Origin: Fimbriiglobus sp.
GTDB lineage: Bacteria > Planctomycetota > Planctomycetia > Gemmatales > Gemmataceae
Direction of reading: 5' to 3'
Length of the DNA stretch: 64,000 nt
Assembly (NCBI GenBank): GCA_025351325.1
Contig: JANXWE010000066.1
Span: forward strand, 807-64,806
Shown here: positions 29,056 to 39,736 of the stretch, one piece after another
How positions within the stretch are numbered: the stretch's first letter is position 1
Layout of the letters: the number at the start of each line of letters is the position of its first letter
Made by a program: the position numbers and the translations under genes
The notes under the pieces: generated by a model
The model's database searches: none
Seen by the model: the letters and a program-made list of their open reading frames with translations, nothing else
What the model was told of the DNA's origin: nothing

Positions 29056-29150
29056 GCGGAATGCGGAATGCGGAGTTCGGAGTGCGGAATACGGAGAGCG
29101 GTGGAGACCCTTCTTCCACTCCGCACTCCGAATTCCACACTCCGCATTTC
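29056..29150. repeat. heptamer-array palindrome between response-regulator and kinase genes
   Basis: Seven tandem units at 29056..29104: GCGGAAT GCGGAAT GCGGAGT TCGGAGT GCGGAAT ACGGAGA GCGGTGG. After an 11-nt spacer, five complementary units at 29116..29150: CCACTCC GCACTCC GAATTCC ACACTCC GCATTTC. Confidence 0.85.
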
Positions 29151-29156
29151 TCGAAG

Positions 29157-29738
29157 TCAGGCCACAGCGGCCGTTTCCATATCCAACAAACGGCACATTT
29201 TGTCGATGAGAATCTCGACATCGAAAGGTTTGCGTTCGAAATCGTCAGCCCCCGCGAGCCGCAGCTCTTGGATCTTGTCGTCTTCCACCATCCCGCTGAT
29301 GCAGATGATGCGAACTTCTTCGAGGCTCGCATCCGAGCGAACCCGCATGCAAACTTCTTTACCGTTGATGTCCGGGAGCATCACGTCGAGCAACATGATG
29401 TCGGGGCGGTACTCTTTCACCATCATCCCGGCATCGAAGCCATTGGCCGCGATCTTCACTTCGAACCGACCGTCGTCTTCGAGCAGTCGGGCGGTGACTT
29501 CGACCAATTCGGCGTCGTCGTCCACGAGCAAGACTTTGCGCTTGCCGCTTTCGAGAGCGTCGGTCGGAATCTGGTTATCCCGCATGAATCGGTACAACGA
29601 TTCACGCGGAATCCGCCGGAATTTGGAACCGGGCACCCGGAATCCTTTGAGTTGTCCGTTGTCGAAGCAGCGAATGATGGTCTGCTGACTCACCTTGCAG
29701 ATTTTCGCGGCTTCGCCGGTTGTGAATACCGTCTTCAT
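29157..29738 (-). CDS. response regulator with N-terminal excisionase/MerR-type HTH and C-terminal receiver domain
   Basis: TGEAAKICKVSQQTIIRCFDNGQLKGFRVPGSKFRRIPRESL is the HTH. VLLVDDD...DIMLLDVMLPDINGKEV is the REC domain with the phospho-acceptor Asp. Confidence 0.85.
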   Translation of the reverse strand: MKTVFTTGEAAKICKVSQQTIIRCFDNGQLKGFRVPGSKFRRIPRESLYRFMRDNQIPTDALESGKRKVLLVDDDAELVEVTARLLEDDGRFEVKIAANGFDAGMMVKEYRPDIMLLDVMLPDINGKEVCMRVRSDASLEEVRIICISGMVEDDKIQELRLAGADDFERKPFDVEILIDKMCRLLDMETAAVA

Positions 29739-30609
29739 ACGTCATCCATCCTTCCGGCTCCAGCCGGCTCGCATGAAGGAACCCGCGCAACGGCTGACGA
29801 GGCCGGCGTTCGGGCGTGGAACCATCCTTGGCACATGGCGACCGGGAATTTCCGCAGTTTTGTGAAGCTACACAGAACAGCGAAGGCCGGTCGGATGGAT
29901 CGCGATCGTTGACTACAGAAGCGACGCAAGTTGGGGTGTTCAAGGTCATTCGAACGCGGAAAGTATAACCCGCAGGGCTTACCTGTCAACCCGATGTCAC
30001 CAAGAACCCGTGGCTTAACTGACAGTGGCGCTACGGTTTCTTTCGGAGAACCCGCACACAATGCACAGTCGCCTCGAAATCGCCAGGCTACCGGATCGAC
30101 ACATCCTCGCCATTCTACCGCAGACGATTCTGCACCAGAGCGATTCGAACACCCGCCGAAAGGGTTGGGGTGCCCTGCCGCGCGCATCCGTCGAACGGAT
30201 GTCCCCCGCGACATGAGACTTAGGGTCAACCGTGTTACCGGTAGTCCCCAAGCTGTTACGGGGGTCAATAGCGACTCAATCCAAACAAAGCAACAGCACT
30301 GCCAAGTCTGCCGGGATGATGCTATTCGCGTGGCTTGCCAAGCTTGGCGAACCAGTTGGATTCTGTCACGCTCAAAATCACCCGGCAGCTCACGCTGCTC
30401 GGCTCGCCGGGATTCGTTTTACCGCATGGTCTTTCCAGAAAGTTGGTCGCTATATAAGCAAAAAGTTACTTTCAATGATCGGTGGAGGGTAGTGTCGGAA
30501 AGTAACCTTCAGCGAATATCGGCACAACAAGATTCGCTACGGATTGTCCCTAGGATAGACTCTGCCGCAATACCCGTGGCGATTTCGACTCGTAGGGAAG
30601 TGGCCACTC

Positions 30610-32073
30610 ATGACACAGCCGTTGACCGTGGTGATTTTCGGGGCCTCCGGCGACCTGACGGGTCGAAAATTGGTGCCCGCATTGTTCAACTTGGCCCGCA
30701 AGGGTCGGTTGCCCGAAGAAGCCAGGATTCTCGGGGTCTCCCGCACCGAATTTAGCGACGAGGCCTTCCGCGAACAGTTGTCGATCAAGGGAAAAGAAGC
30801 GTTCAAAACGTCCGGCGAAGAGTGGATCGAATCCGAATGGACCACGTTCGCGGCCCGCATCCATTACATTCCCGCCGACGTCACGAAACCGGGCGGCATG
30901 GCCCCGCTCCAAACTTGGTTCGATGAACACGAAGGAAAAGCGGGCGGCCGCCGACTTTACTACCTGTCCGTCTCGCCGGAACTCTACCCGCAAGTCGCCC
31001 AGGCGCTCGGAGAATCCGGGTTCAACAAGGAGCAGGGTGGCTTCCGCCGGTTGATCGTCGAGAAGCCCTTCGGGCACGATTTGAAGACGGCGCAAGAGCT
31101 GAATCAGTCGCTGCACGCCAACTTCCGGGAAGATCAACTGTACCGCATCGATCACTACCTCGGCAAAGAGACGGTGCAGAACATCCTGATCTTCCGCTTC
31201 GCCAACACGATGTTCGAGCCGCTCTGGAATTACCAGTACATCGACCATGTGCAGATCACCGTCGCCGAAAGCGGCACCGTCGGCAAACGTGGTGCTTACT
31301 ACGATGGCAGCGGCGTGCTCCGCGACATGTTCCAGAGCCATTTGCTCCAGGTGATGGCACTCGTCGCCATGGAAAGTCCGACCCGCTACTCGGCCGACAC
31401 GTTGCGGAATGAGAAGGTCAAGGTTCTCGATTCCATCAAGATTCACACCCCCGAAGAAGCGGGCAAAAACGTGGTCGTGGGCCAATACGCCGGCTATCGC
31501 CAAGAAGCGGGTGTGCCGGTTGACACGAAGACGCCGACGTTTGCCTGTGTGAAATTGAGCATCGAGAATTCGCGTTGGAAGAATGTGCCGTTCTACCTGC
31601 GCAGTGGTAAAGGTTTGAAGAGCCGCTACAGCGAGATCTTCATCCAGTTTCGCTGCCCGCCCCACCTCATGTTCCCGCTGCCACCGGGCGAAATTCTCCA
31701 GTGCAACCGGATGCAGTTGGTGCTGCAACCGAACGAGGGCATCCACCTGAATTTCCAGACGAAGGTGCCCGAGGTCGACGGCGTGCGCCTCCAACCGCGC
31801 GATTTATCGTTCGATTTCAAAGAAGCATTTGCAACCAAGACTTTGCCCGAGGCCTACGAACGATTGTTGCTCGATGCGATTCAGGGTGATGCATCACTGT
31901 TCATGCGGAGCGATGAAATCGAACGGGCTTGGGAAATTATGGATCCGATCATCGCCGCGACTGCCGGGGCCAACGCCCCGCAACCGCAGGAATACGCCAT
32001 CGGTTCGCAAGGCCCGGAGTGCGCGGAGAAGATGCTCGGCATCGAAGGCCGCGCGTGGAATCCGGTGGGGTGA
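30610..32073 (+). CDS. zwf: glucose-6-phosphate 1-dehydrogenase
   Basis: [19 protein letters not shown] (NADP site), RIDHYLGKE (active-site motif) and [14 protein letters not shown]. Confidence 0.95.
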   Translation: MTQPLTVVIFGASGDLTGRKLVPALFNLARKGRLPEEARILGVSRTEFSDEAFREQLSIKGKEAFKTSGEEWIESEWTTFAARIHYIPADVTKPGGMAPLQTWFDEHEGKAGGRRLYYLSVSPELYPQVAQALGESGFNKEQGGFRRLIVEKPFGHDLKTAQELNQSLHANFREDQLYRIDHYLGKETVQNILIFRFANTMFEPLWNYQYIDHVQITVAESGTVGKRGAYYDGSGVLRDMFQSHLLQVMALVAMESPTRYSADTLRNEKVKVLDSIKIHTPEEAGKNVVVGQYAGYRQEAGVPVDTKTPTFACVKLSIENSRWKNVPFYLRSGKGLKSRYSEIFIQFRCPPHLMFPLPPGEILQCNRMQLVLQPNEGIHLNFQTKVPEVDGVRLQPRDLSFDFKEAFATKTLPEAYERLLLDAIQGDASLFMRSDEIERAWEIMDPIIAATAGANAPQPQEYAIGSQGPECAEKMLGIEGRAWNPVG

Positions 32074-32076
32074 ATC

Positions 32077-32389
32077 ATGGCGATCGTGAAAGCGACATTC
32101 TTTCTGCCGGTTCGGGATAACGACGGGCGCAGCTTGCGCGGAAATTCTCGCACTCGAGGATTCGCTGTTCACCACTTTCCCCGGTTATACGCGGATGGCC
32201 GGGGTCCATGGCGTATTCCGGATGGCAGATGGAACAAAGGTGAAAGATCGGAGCCGGTCCTATTTTCTGCTCATCGATGAAACCGAATTGGAGGTGTTGA
32301 AAGGGATCATCCGAGTCTTCAAAAACTCGACGACTCAAGAAGCGATCTATTTCGATGTGCTGTATAATCTCAACGTGGAATTCATTTGA
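32077..32389 (+). pseudogene. small ORF coupled to zwf, apparently interrupted by a 1-nt frameshift (or two short ORFs)
   Basis: The frame from ATG 32077 reads MAIVKATFFLPVRDNDGRSL, then turns into R/G/P junk. The +1 frame reads AEILALEDSLFTTFPGYTRMAGVHGVF...NLNVEFI to the stop at 32389. The span is 313 nt, which is 3n+1. Confidence 0.5.
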
Positions 32390-32401
32390 GCGGAGGCCAT
32401 C

Positions 32402-32701
32402 ATGACCGAGCGTGAAACTCTCGAAAACGAGATTCGCCATCTCGTGGCTACGGCGACCGACGGGACAATCTTGTCCAACCTTCTGTTCAGTCCGCCGAAC
32501 GGGCTGTTCAGCCGGTTAGGGGTTACGCGTGAACTTCGCGAAGAAATCGTCAAATCCGAACTTTTCCGCGTCGCTCAAGATCGCATCCACGATTTGCTCG
32601 ATATCGAAGCCGAGTGCTATGCTCAAGCTCGGGTCGAGATTGAACGACAAGCCCAAGCTCGCCCCATCCGCGGATTGGCTGAACTTGCCACCACTCATTG
32701 A
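32402..32701 (+). CDS. hypothetical protein (99 aa)
   Basis: ATG preceded by GGAGG at good spacing. Helical-looking sequence with AT-richer codon usage than its neighbours. No family recognised. Confidence 0.55.
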   Translation: MTERETLENEIRHLVATATDGTILSNLLFSPPNGLFSRLGVTRELREEIVKSELFRVAQDRIHDLLDIEAECYAQARVEIERQAQARPIRGLAELATTH

Positions 32702-32734
32702 TCGCCGATTTTAGAATCGCCCCACGGAGCTTCC

Positions 32735-33823
32735 ATGCCCGCGTTGACTGTCCGTCCCGGCCCCGCTGCACTCGACTTCCTATCGCTCGGGGCGTTGGTT
32801 CATCGCCTCGATCCGGGCATCATTCCGTTCCGCAAGGCCCGTTCACTCGATATCCACGTCTCGGGTGGCGAGTACAACGTCGCGGCCAATTTGGCCGACT
32901 GCTTCGGGCTGAAAACGGGGATCGCCACGGCGATGCCGAAGTACCCGATCGGGGAACTGGTACAAGCGAGCGTTCGCGCCATGGGCGTGCAACCCCTCTA
33001 CAAGTTCTTCGATCACGACGGTGTTCGCGGCCCGAATTTGGCCACGGTGTACAGCGACCGCGGCGCCGGCGTGCGGCCACCGGTGGTCTTTTACAACCGC
33101 TCGAACGAAGCCGGGGCGCTGCTGAAACCGGGCGACTTCAACTGGAAGGAAATCTTCGCGGGTGGCGTCAGATGGTTCCACTCCGGTGGCATCTTCGCGG
33201 CCCTGTCGGACACGACTTCAGAACTGATTCTCGAAGCGATGCAGGCGGCCAAAGAGGCCGGGGCGATCATCTCATTCGACTTGAATTACCGGGCTAAACT
33301 CTGGAAAGTGGCGGGTGGGAACCGCTCGCCGCAGGAAGTGCTCGGCCGCATTGTCAAGCATGTGGACGTGCTGATCGGCAACGAGGAGGACTTGCAACTC
33401 GGTCTCGGCATCCAAGGCCCGACGGTCGAAAAGCGAGGCGAATCGAAGCTCGACTCCACGAAGTTCTTCGACGTCATCGGCCAAGCCGTGCAGAAGTTCC
33501 CGAACATCCGCGCCGTGGCGACGACGCTGCGGGAAGTCCACTCCACCAACCGCCACGACTGGGCCGCCGTGCTTTGGCTCGACGGTGAAAAATTCTCCAG
33601 CCCGACGGCCCACCTCGATGTCGTGGATCGCATCGGCGGCGGAGACGGATTCGCGACCGGACTGATCTACGGTATGATCGCCGGTCGGCCCACTCAGGAA
33701 GCGTTGAACTTCGGCTGGGCCCACGGCGCACTGCTCACCACCTTCCCCGGCGACGTGACCATGGCCAAGCTCGACGAAGTCGAAGCGCTCGCTCAAGGTG
33801 GTAGTGCTCGCGTCCAACGGTAA
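32735..33823 (+). CDS. kdgK: 2-dehydro-3-deoxygluconokinase (PfkB sugar kinase family)
   Basis: PfkB signature 2, DVVDRIGGGDGFATGLIYG. The overall pattern matches KDG kinases (VSGGEYNVAANLA). Confidence 0.8.
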   Translation: MPALTVRPGPAALDFLSLGALVHRLDPGIIPFRKARSLDIHVSGGEYNVAANLADCFGLKTGIATAMPKYPIGELVQASVRAMGVQPLYKFFDHDGVRGPNLATVYSDRGAGVRPPVVFYNRSNEAGALLKPGDFNWKEIFAGGVRWFHSGGIFAALSDTTSELILEAMQAAKEAGAIISFDLNYRAKLWKVAGGNRSPQEVLGRIVKHVDVLIGNEEDLQLGLGIQGPTVEKRGESKLDSTKFFDVIGQAVQKFPNIRAVATTLREVHSTNRHDWAAVLWLDGEKFSSPTAHLDVVDRIGGGDGFATGLIYGMIAGRPTQEALNFGWAHGALLTTFPGDVTMAKLDEVEALAQGGSARVQR

Positions 33824-33856
33824 GTTGTCAACTGCACTCCCCCGAGGTTGTCGCCG

Positions 33857-35181
33857 ATGAAGTACTTGCTGTCCGCTGTGATGACGTTGACACTGGCAAC
33901 CCTTGCCTTGGCGGAAACGCCCTTTGAGAAGCATGGTCGCATCCGTGTGGCCAAGGTCGGTACGCACCTCGAACATGCGGACGGTACCCCGTTCTTCTTC
34001 CTGGCCGACACCTGTTGGACTGGCCCGGCGTTTAGCACTGAAAAAGATTGGGAGACGTACTTGGCTGACCGCAAAAAGAAGGGTTTCACCGCAATCCAGT
34101 TCAACATGGCATCACCCTGGCGGGTGGCACCGACCGACGCCGAGGGAAACGTCTCGTTCACCATCAAAGATGGCAAATTGAGCCTGGTCGAAGCTTTCTA
34201 CAAACGGCTCGATGCTAGGTTGAAGGCGATCAACGATGCGGGCTTGCTCGCCGTGCCGGTGCTCGTTTGGGCCCACAAAAAAGGGGACGCCGGCAAGGAG
34301 TTCACCGATGAACAACTCCTCGACTTATGCAAACTGCAGGAGGCACGGTACGCCAAGGCCCACGTCCTGTGGATTCTTGCCGGGGACAATCAATACTCGA
34401 CCGATACCGAACGCTGGAAGAAGATCGGCCGCGCCGTCTTCGGCGACAAGCCGACCAGCCCGGTGACGACCCACCCCACCGGCGAGAACTTCCCCTGGGA
34501 CACGTGGAAAGACGAAAAATGGTTGACGGTGTTGGGCTACCAAAGCGGCCACGGCGATAGCGACCAGTCGATGAAGTGGATGACGCAAGGCCCCGTGGTC
34601 AAGTACGGCAAGCAGAAAGAGTTCACCCGGCCCGTCATCAACCTGGAACCGCCCTACGAAGCCCACAACGGCTACAGCAAGAAGAAGCCGCACAGCGAGT
34701 TGAGCGTGCGACGGGCTACTTATTGGAGCTTGCTTTCGGCCCCGGTCGCCGGCGTGACCTACGGCGGGCACGGGGTCTGGAGCTGGCACGCGAAACCGGG
34801 GGAGCAACCGACGGATCACCCCGGCACCGGCGTCGCCAAGGTTTGGAGCGAGGCCATTCACCTCCCCGCTGCCGGGCAGATGAAGCATGTCCGCGATCTG
34901 TTTGAATCGGTCGAGTGGACGAAACTCCGACCGGCCCCAAACCTGTTGAGCACGCAGCCGGGGGACGAAGCCCCGTCTAAGTTCGTCGCGTCCGCCGCGA
35001 CGCCCGATGACAAAATCATGGTGTTCTACACCCCCGTCGGCGGCACGATCCCGGTGAAGGCATTCCAGCAAACCCGCGAAGCGACCATCGAGTGGTTCAA
35101 CCCGCGAACCGGCGAAAAGACCCCCGGCGATGACAAGTTCAAAACGCCGGATGCCCAAGATTGGGTGCTGGTGATCCGACC

Positions 35182-35185
<4 letters not shown>
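33857..35185 (+). CDS. DUF4038 / glycoside hydrolase family 140-like secreted protein
   Basis: Signal peptide [35 protein letters not shown]...[12 protein letters not shown] and WILAGDN resemble the GH140 TIM-barrel domain. Confidence 0.6.
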
Positions 35186-35693
<508 letters not shown>

Positions 35694-35697
<4 letters not shown>

Positions 35698-36794
35698 GGC
35701 TCGGCATACTCGGGGGCGGTCAACTCGCACGGATGATGGCCCTGGCGGCCCATCCACTCGGCATTTCGTGTACCGTCCTTGACCCGAGTGCCGACCCCTG
35801 TGTCGGGGCGGTGGCGAACGTCATCCGTGGCGAGTACGACGACCTCCAGGCTCTGTATCAACTCGCCTGCGTGTCCGATTTCATCACGTATGAATTCGAG
35901 AATGTCCCTGTTGAATGTGCCCGCTGGCTCGCCGAACGGGTGCCGATGTTCCCGTCGCCAGAAGCGTTGGAAGTGTCGCAAGACCGCATCGTCGAAAAGT
36001 CGTTTTTTGCGAAGCTCGGTATCCCGACGCCGGCGTTTGCCGATGTACTGACGCGTGCGGATTTCGACCGGGCCGTCGCCCGAATCGGTTGCCCTGCCGT
36101 GCTGAAAACGCGCCGCTTCGGGTACGACGGCAAGGGGCAATTCGTCATCCGCACCCCGGATCAAATCGAGCCGGCTTGGCGACAGCTCGGGGGTCGACCG
36201 CTGATTTTGGAAGGGTTCGTGCCGTTCGACCGCGAGCTGTCGCTGCTGAGCGTACGCAGTCGAACCGGCGAATGCCGGTACTACCCCCTCGCGGAAAACG
36301 AGCACCGCGATGGGATGCTCTACCGGAGTTTGTCCCCGGCCGCAAAAACCGGCGAGGAGCTCTTCGAGCGCGCCTGCGACTTCGCCGAACGCGTGCTGAC
36401 GGAATTGAATTACGTCGGCGTTCTCGCCATCGAATGGTTCCAAGATGGCCCACGGCTAATCGCCAACGAAATGGCTCCGCGTGTCCACAATTCGGGGCAT
36501 GGTACCATCGAAGGCTCCACTTGCAGCCAGTTCGAAAATCACGTCCGGGCGGTCTGCGGACTACCGCTCGGTTCGACCGCACCCGTCGGCCATTCGGCGT
36601 TGTTCAACCTGATTGGCCATCGCCCTGACTTCGCCACGCTGTTGCAGCTGCCGGGTACACACCTGCATTGGTATGGCAAGGAACCAAAACCCCGTCGGAA
36701 AGTGGGCCACGTCACCGTGGTGACGAATACGGCCGAGGAACGAGACCATTCGGTGGAGGAATTGCTACTTCGCCACGACTTCGCCATCCGCTAG
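35694..36794 (+). CDS. purK: N5-carboxyaminoimidazole ribonucleotide synthase
   Basis: ATP-grasp protein: [43 protein letters not shown] overlap with purE. Confidence 0.9.
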
Positions 36795-37232
36795 TTTCTG
36801 TTTCAACAGCGTATCCCAGACCGTCGGGACGACGAACAGAATGGTGGCGATGCCGATCAACCCGAGCGTGATAATGCAGACTTTTGCCCAGTCCGGCGGA
36901 TTGCGGAAGATGACGGTGCATGAAATCACTGTGACGACCATGCCGACGGCGAAAAGTTTCACACGCCAGCGGATACCGCGGTGCGCTTCCCAGTCTCGAA
37001 TCATCGGACCGAAGTAGGGAGACCGACATAACCAGCGGTGCAACCTCGGCGACGAACGAGAAAAGCAACCGCCTGCGAGTAGCACCCACGGCACCGTGGG
37101 TAACCCTGGGAGTATCGCTCCAGCCAAGGCGATGCCCAAAAACATAAAACCCGCGCCGACGTAGAGCCAACGTCGCAGCCCCGTCGCTTGCCGCACGACT
37201 ACTGAGATTGTTTGCGGGCTAGGTCGGGTCAT
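36765..37232 (-). CDS. DUF454 (YbaN-like) inner membrane protein
   Basis: GIALAGAILPGLPTVPWVLLAGGCFSRSSPRLHRWL is the characteristic YbaN N-terminal motif. It overlaps the purK 3' end by 30 nt (convergent). Confidence 0.75.
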   Translation of the reverse strand: MTRPSPQTISVVVRQATGLRRWLYVGAGFMFLGIALAGAILPGLPTVPWVLLAGGCFSRSSPRLHRWLCRSPYFGPMIRDWEAHRGIRWRVKLFAVGMVVTVISCTVIFRNPPDWAKVCIITLGLIGIATILFVVPTVWDTLLKQKLADGEVVAK

Positions 37233-37264
37233 AGTAAGTCAATTGTAGTTAGACTGGGGATGGG

Positions 37265-38110
37265 ATGAATCGTCGGAAGTTCCTCAAGCGTACCTTTTGG
37301 TGCGGAGCGGCACTCGCGGGAGTCGGTAGCACGGCTGTCGGCTACGGTTTTTGGGAAGCGTCCCAAATTCGCATCCGTCGCCAAACCATTTCGCTCGAGC
37401 AACTTCCGAAAGCGTTCCATAATAAAACGGTCGCCATCCTCGCCGACTTCCACCATGGCCCGTTTGTTGGGTTACCGTTCATCCGCAGCGCGGTGGAGAT
37501 TGCAGTGTCGTTGGCAGCCGATGCCTACGCACTGGTGGGCGATTTCGCTCATAAAGGGACTCACACGGCCGAGCAGTTACCGCCCTGCCTCGAGGTACTT
37601 TCGGTACTCAAAGCTCCGCTGGGAGTGTTCGCCGTTCCCGGCAACCACGACATGCAGAACAGTGGAAAAATCTACCGGGAGGCGATCCGAACGACGCCCC
37701 TCACCGATCTCACCAACCGAGCGATCCGCTTGGAACTCAACGGCGACGCGTTATGGTTCGCGGGCGTCGATGATCTCTGGTGGGGCCAATCTAATCTGCC
37801 CTTCGCCCTGAGAGATGTTCCCACCGGCGACCCGGTGATTTTGTTGGCTCACAACCCAGATTTTGCCGAAGTCAGTCCCGATTCACGTGTGAAACTGATG
37901 TTGAGTGGTCATACCCACGGCGGGCAAATTTACGTTCCCGGACTCGGCACAGCGCGATTGCCATCGAACTACGGCGACAAGTATCGTGGGGGCTTGGTTC
38001 GCGGCCCGACATCCCAAGTGTTCGTGTCGCGTGGCCTCGGGGAAGCGGGGGTACCGTTGCGGTTGAACTGCCCGCCGGAGATCAACCTGCTGACGCTGAC
38101 GTCGGCCTAA
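37265..38110 (+). CDS. metallophosphoesterase with Tat-type signal
   Basis: MNRRKFLKRT twin-arginine-like leader. Calcineurin-like motifs are ILADFHHG, GDFAHKG, GNHD and SGHTHGGQ. Confidence 0.85.
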   Translation: MNRRKFLKRTFWCGAALAGVGSTAVGYGFWEASQIRIRRQTISLEQLPKAFHNKTVAILADFHHGPFVGLPFIRSAVEIAVSLAADAYALVGDFAHKGTHTAEQLPPCLEVLSVLKAPLGVFAVPGNHDMQNSGKIYREAIRTTPLTDLTNRAIRLELNGDALWFAGVDDLWWGQSNLPFALRDVPTGDPVILLAHNPDFAEVSPDSRVKLMLSGHTHGGQIYVPGLGTARLPSNYGDKYRGGLVRGPTSQVFVSRGLGEAGVPLRLNCPPEINLLTLTSA

Positions 38111-39087
38111 TACCGCAAATCCAATCCGACCGTCCATCCTTGGATCCAAAAGTCGGTCTGATCGCGTCCGAAGGCAGGACGGCTCGGTGGCGGAGTCGTG
38201 GAATCCAACTGGTCGGCCGCCCGACGAACTCGGCTCCAGTAGAGGAACGAGTAGCCACCGTTGACGCGGAATCGGTCGGTGAAGTCCCAGCCGAGTTTCG
38301 CCGTCCCTTCGGGCAGTACAGAAAAGAGATTCTCCCTGTCGTTCCCACCATTCACGGAGACGTCGGAAATATCAACGCCCAGGGCCACCGTGGCTTTGGT
38401 CGTCAGTGTCAGGCGGTCGAACAACCGGTGCGTTCCGCCGATACCCACTTGGGCACCGTGGAACTGGTTGAGCGTCCGGGAGTGATCGGAGTTCAAGTCG
38501 ACCGTGTCACGTAAGTTCAGGTAGCGATAGCCAAGGAGCCAATCGAGCCGGCCACGTTCGGACGTCGTCCAACCGTAGCGGAAGTTGATATCGCCACCGA
38601 TCACGGCACTGCGGGTATTCACGGACAATTGATCCGCATTGGTTCTGCTCAAGGCAGCGTCGCCGAGATACAGGAACGTCGCATCCAGTCCGAAACGGGC
38701 ATCTTCGGTCAACCAGAGGCCCCCATTGGCTCGCAATCCGGGTCGGAGTTGACTCAATTCTCGTTGGCCACTGGGCTGCGGCAAAAGTGTCCCTTGTGAT
38801 GCTGCAAAATAAAAATCGGTTGCGAACCAAATTTTTTCCGAGCGGAATGGAACACCCCGTGGAACCAGACTCTCTCCCAAGGATGTTCCCGAGCCGGGTC
38901 GTCCGAGATCGGTGTGAGCATGGCTCGGAGGAGCGAAGAACGGATCCGCAAATGGATTGCCTGTCGGAGCCGACTCAATTGGTTTCTGGGTATTGAGTTG
39001 CGGCGAAGCAGTGGGCGGGGAATCGTCTGCCAAAAGTGGAAGCCCCGAGACGATCAACAGTCCGATCCAGGCGAGTTCTTTCCACAT
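38107..39087 (-). CDS. outer-membrane beta-barrel protein (planctomycete BBP7-like)
   Basis: ATG at 39087 (MWKELAWIGLLIVSGLPLLA signal peptide). Alternating beta-strand pattern. The C-terminal strand ends in an aromatic residue (VGLDLRY). Confidence 0.6.
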   Translation of the reverse strand: MWKELAWIGLLIVSGLPLLADDSPPTASPQLNTQKPIESAPTGNPFADPFFAPPSHAHTDLGRPGSGTSLGESLVPRGVPFRSEKIWFATDFYFAASQGTLLPQPSGQRELSQLRPGLRANGGLWLTEDARFGLDATFLYLGDAALSRTNADQLSVNTRSAVIGGDINFRYGWTTSERGRLDWLLGYRYLNLRDTVDLNSDHSRTLNQFHGAQVGIGGTHRLFDRLTLTTKATVALGVDISDVSVNGGNDRENLFSVLPEGTAKLGWDFTDRFRVNGGYSFLYWSRVRRAADQLDSTTPPPSRPAFGRDQTDFWIQGWTVGLDLRY

Positions 39088-39242
39088 TTCGAGGCTCCGA
39101 AACAGTTGAATCCGCTGTCTGAACGGCGCCGCCAAGTCTGATAATCGGCACAATCGGAACTGGAATGAAAGATTTCTTTTTTAGGGTTGTATTTTTCATT
39201 GGAGTTACTTTTCCGGCTATGATAGTTTGTCGAATCGCTCGT

Positions 39243-39257
39243 TGGCACAAAGCATGC
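39243..39257 (+). promoter_or_regulatory. sigma-54-type (-24/-12) promoter candidate upstream of csrA
   Basis: TGGCAC-AAAGC-ATGC compared with the consensus TGGCAC-N5-TTGC. The GG and GC dinucleotides have the canonical spacing. The site is about 95 nt upstream of the csrA ATG. Confidence 0.4.
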
Positions 39258-39351
39258 TAAATATTCGACAGCGGCACGGAGAAGCTGCGGGGAACTTTTT
39301 CCTCACCATCACTCTCTAACAGTTTGCTCATTCACTTGGAAGGATCCACCC

Positions 39352-39660
39352 ATGCTCGTCCTCACCCGTAAGATCGGCGAAGAAATTATCATCGCCGGGA
39401 ACATTCGCATTTCGATTGTGGAAGTCGGCCCCGGCCGCGTCAAAATCGGAATTCAAGCTCCGAAATCGGTTTCGGTTGACCGGGCCGAAATTCACGAAAA
39501 GAAGCAAGCGAACTCCGAACCACATCTTGTAGAAGTCCCCAACATTCACAACCGGATTGCTGAGAAATTGCTCGGCATTCCCGCCGACTCTTCCAAACCG
39601 GTTCAGCTCGAAAATCGTGTGAAAAAGCACCAAAGCCGATTGCCCCGCAAGTCTCGCTAA
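39352..39660 (+). CDS. csrA: carbon storage regulator CsrA with extended C-terminus
   Basis: MLVLTRKIGEEIIIAGNIRISIVEVGPGRVKIGIQAPKSVSVDRAEI is near-canonical CsrA. About 45 extra C-terminal residues. GGA motifs overlap its own SD (TTGGAAGGATCC). Confidence 0.9.
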   Translation: MLVLTRKIGEEIIIAGNIRISIVEVGPGRVKIGIQAPKSVSVDRAEIHEKKQANSEPHLVEVPNIHNRIAEKLLGIPADSSKPVQLENRVKKHQSRLPRKSR

Positions 39661-39736
39661 CATTTCTGCCCTGTTCCGAAGCCGGGCTTCGCTTAAAATG
39701 CGAAATTCGCGTTCCTGGGTTCAGTTGGGGTAGGCT

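Noticed and set aside
29056-29150. CRISPR array hypothesis for the tandem short repeats (also at 13490 and 15550).
   Set aside because: The units are only 7 nt and directly abutting with no spacers. They are arranged as two inverted arrays. No cas genes are nearby.
29900-30300. Possible tmRNA or RNase P RNA in the long intergenic region. GGGGUGUUCAAGGUCAUUCGAACG on the plus strand and GGGGGACAUCCGUUCGACGG on the minus strand resemble tmRNA 5' ends. A GGAAAGU string resembles RNase P CR-I.
   Set aside because: I found no matching acceptor-stem 3' partner, T-arm (GGUUCGAnUCC) or CCA-proximal end. I found no tag-reading-frame candidate and no P4 pairing partner. The resemblance is too partial to call without cmscan.
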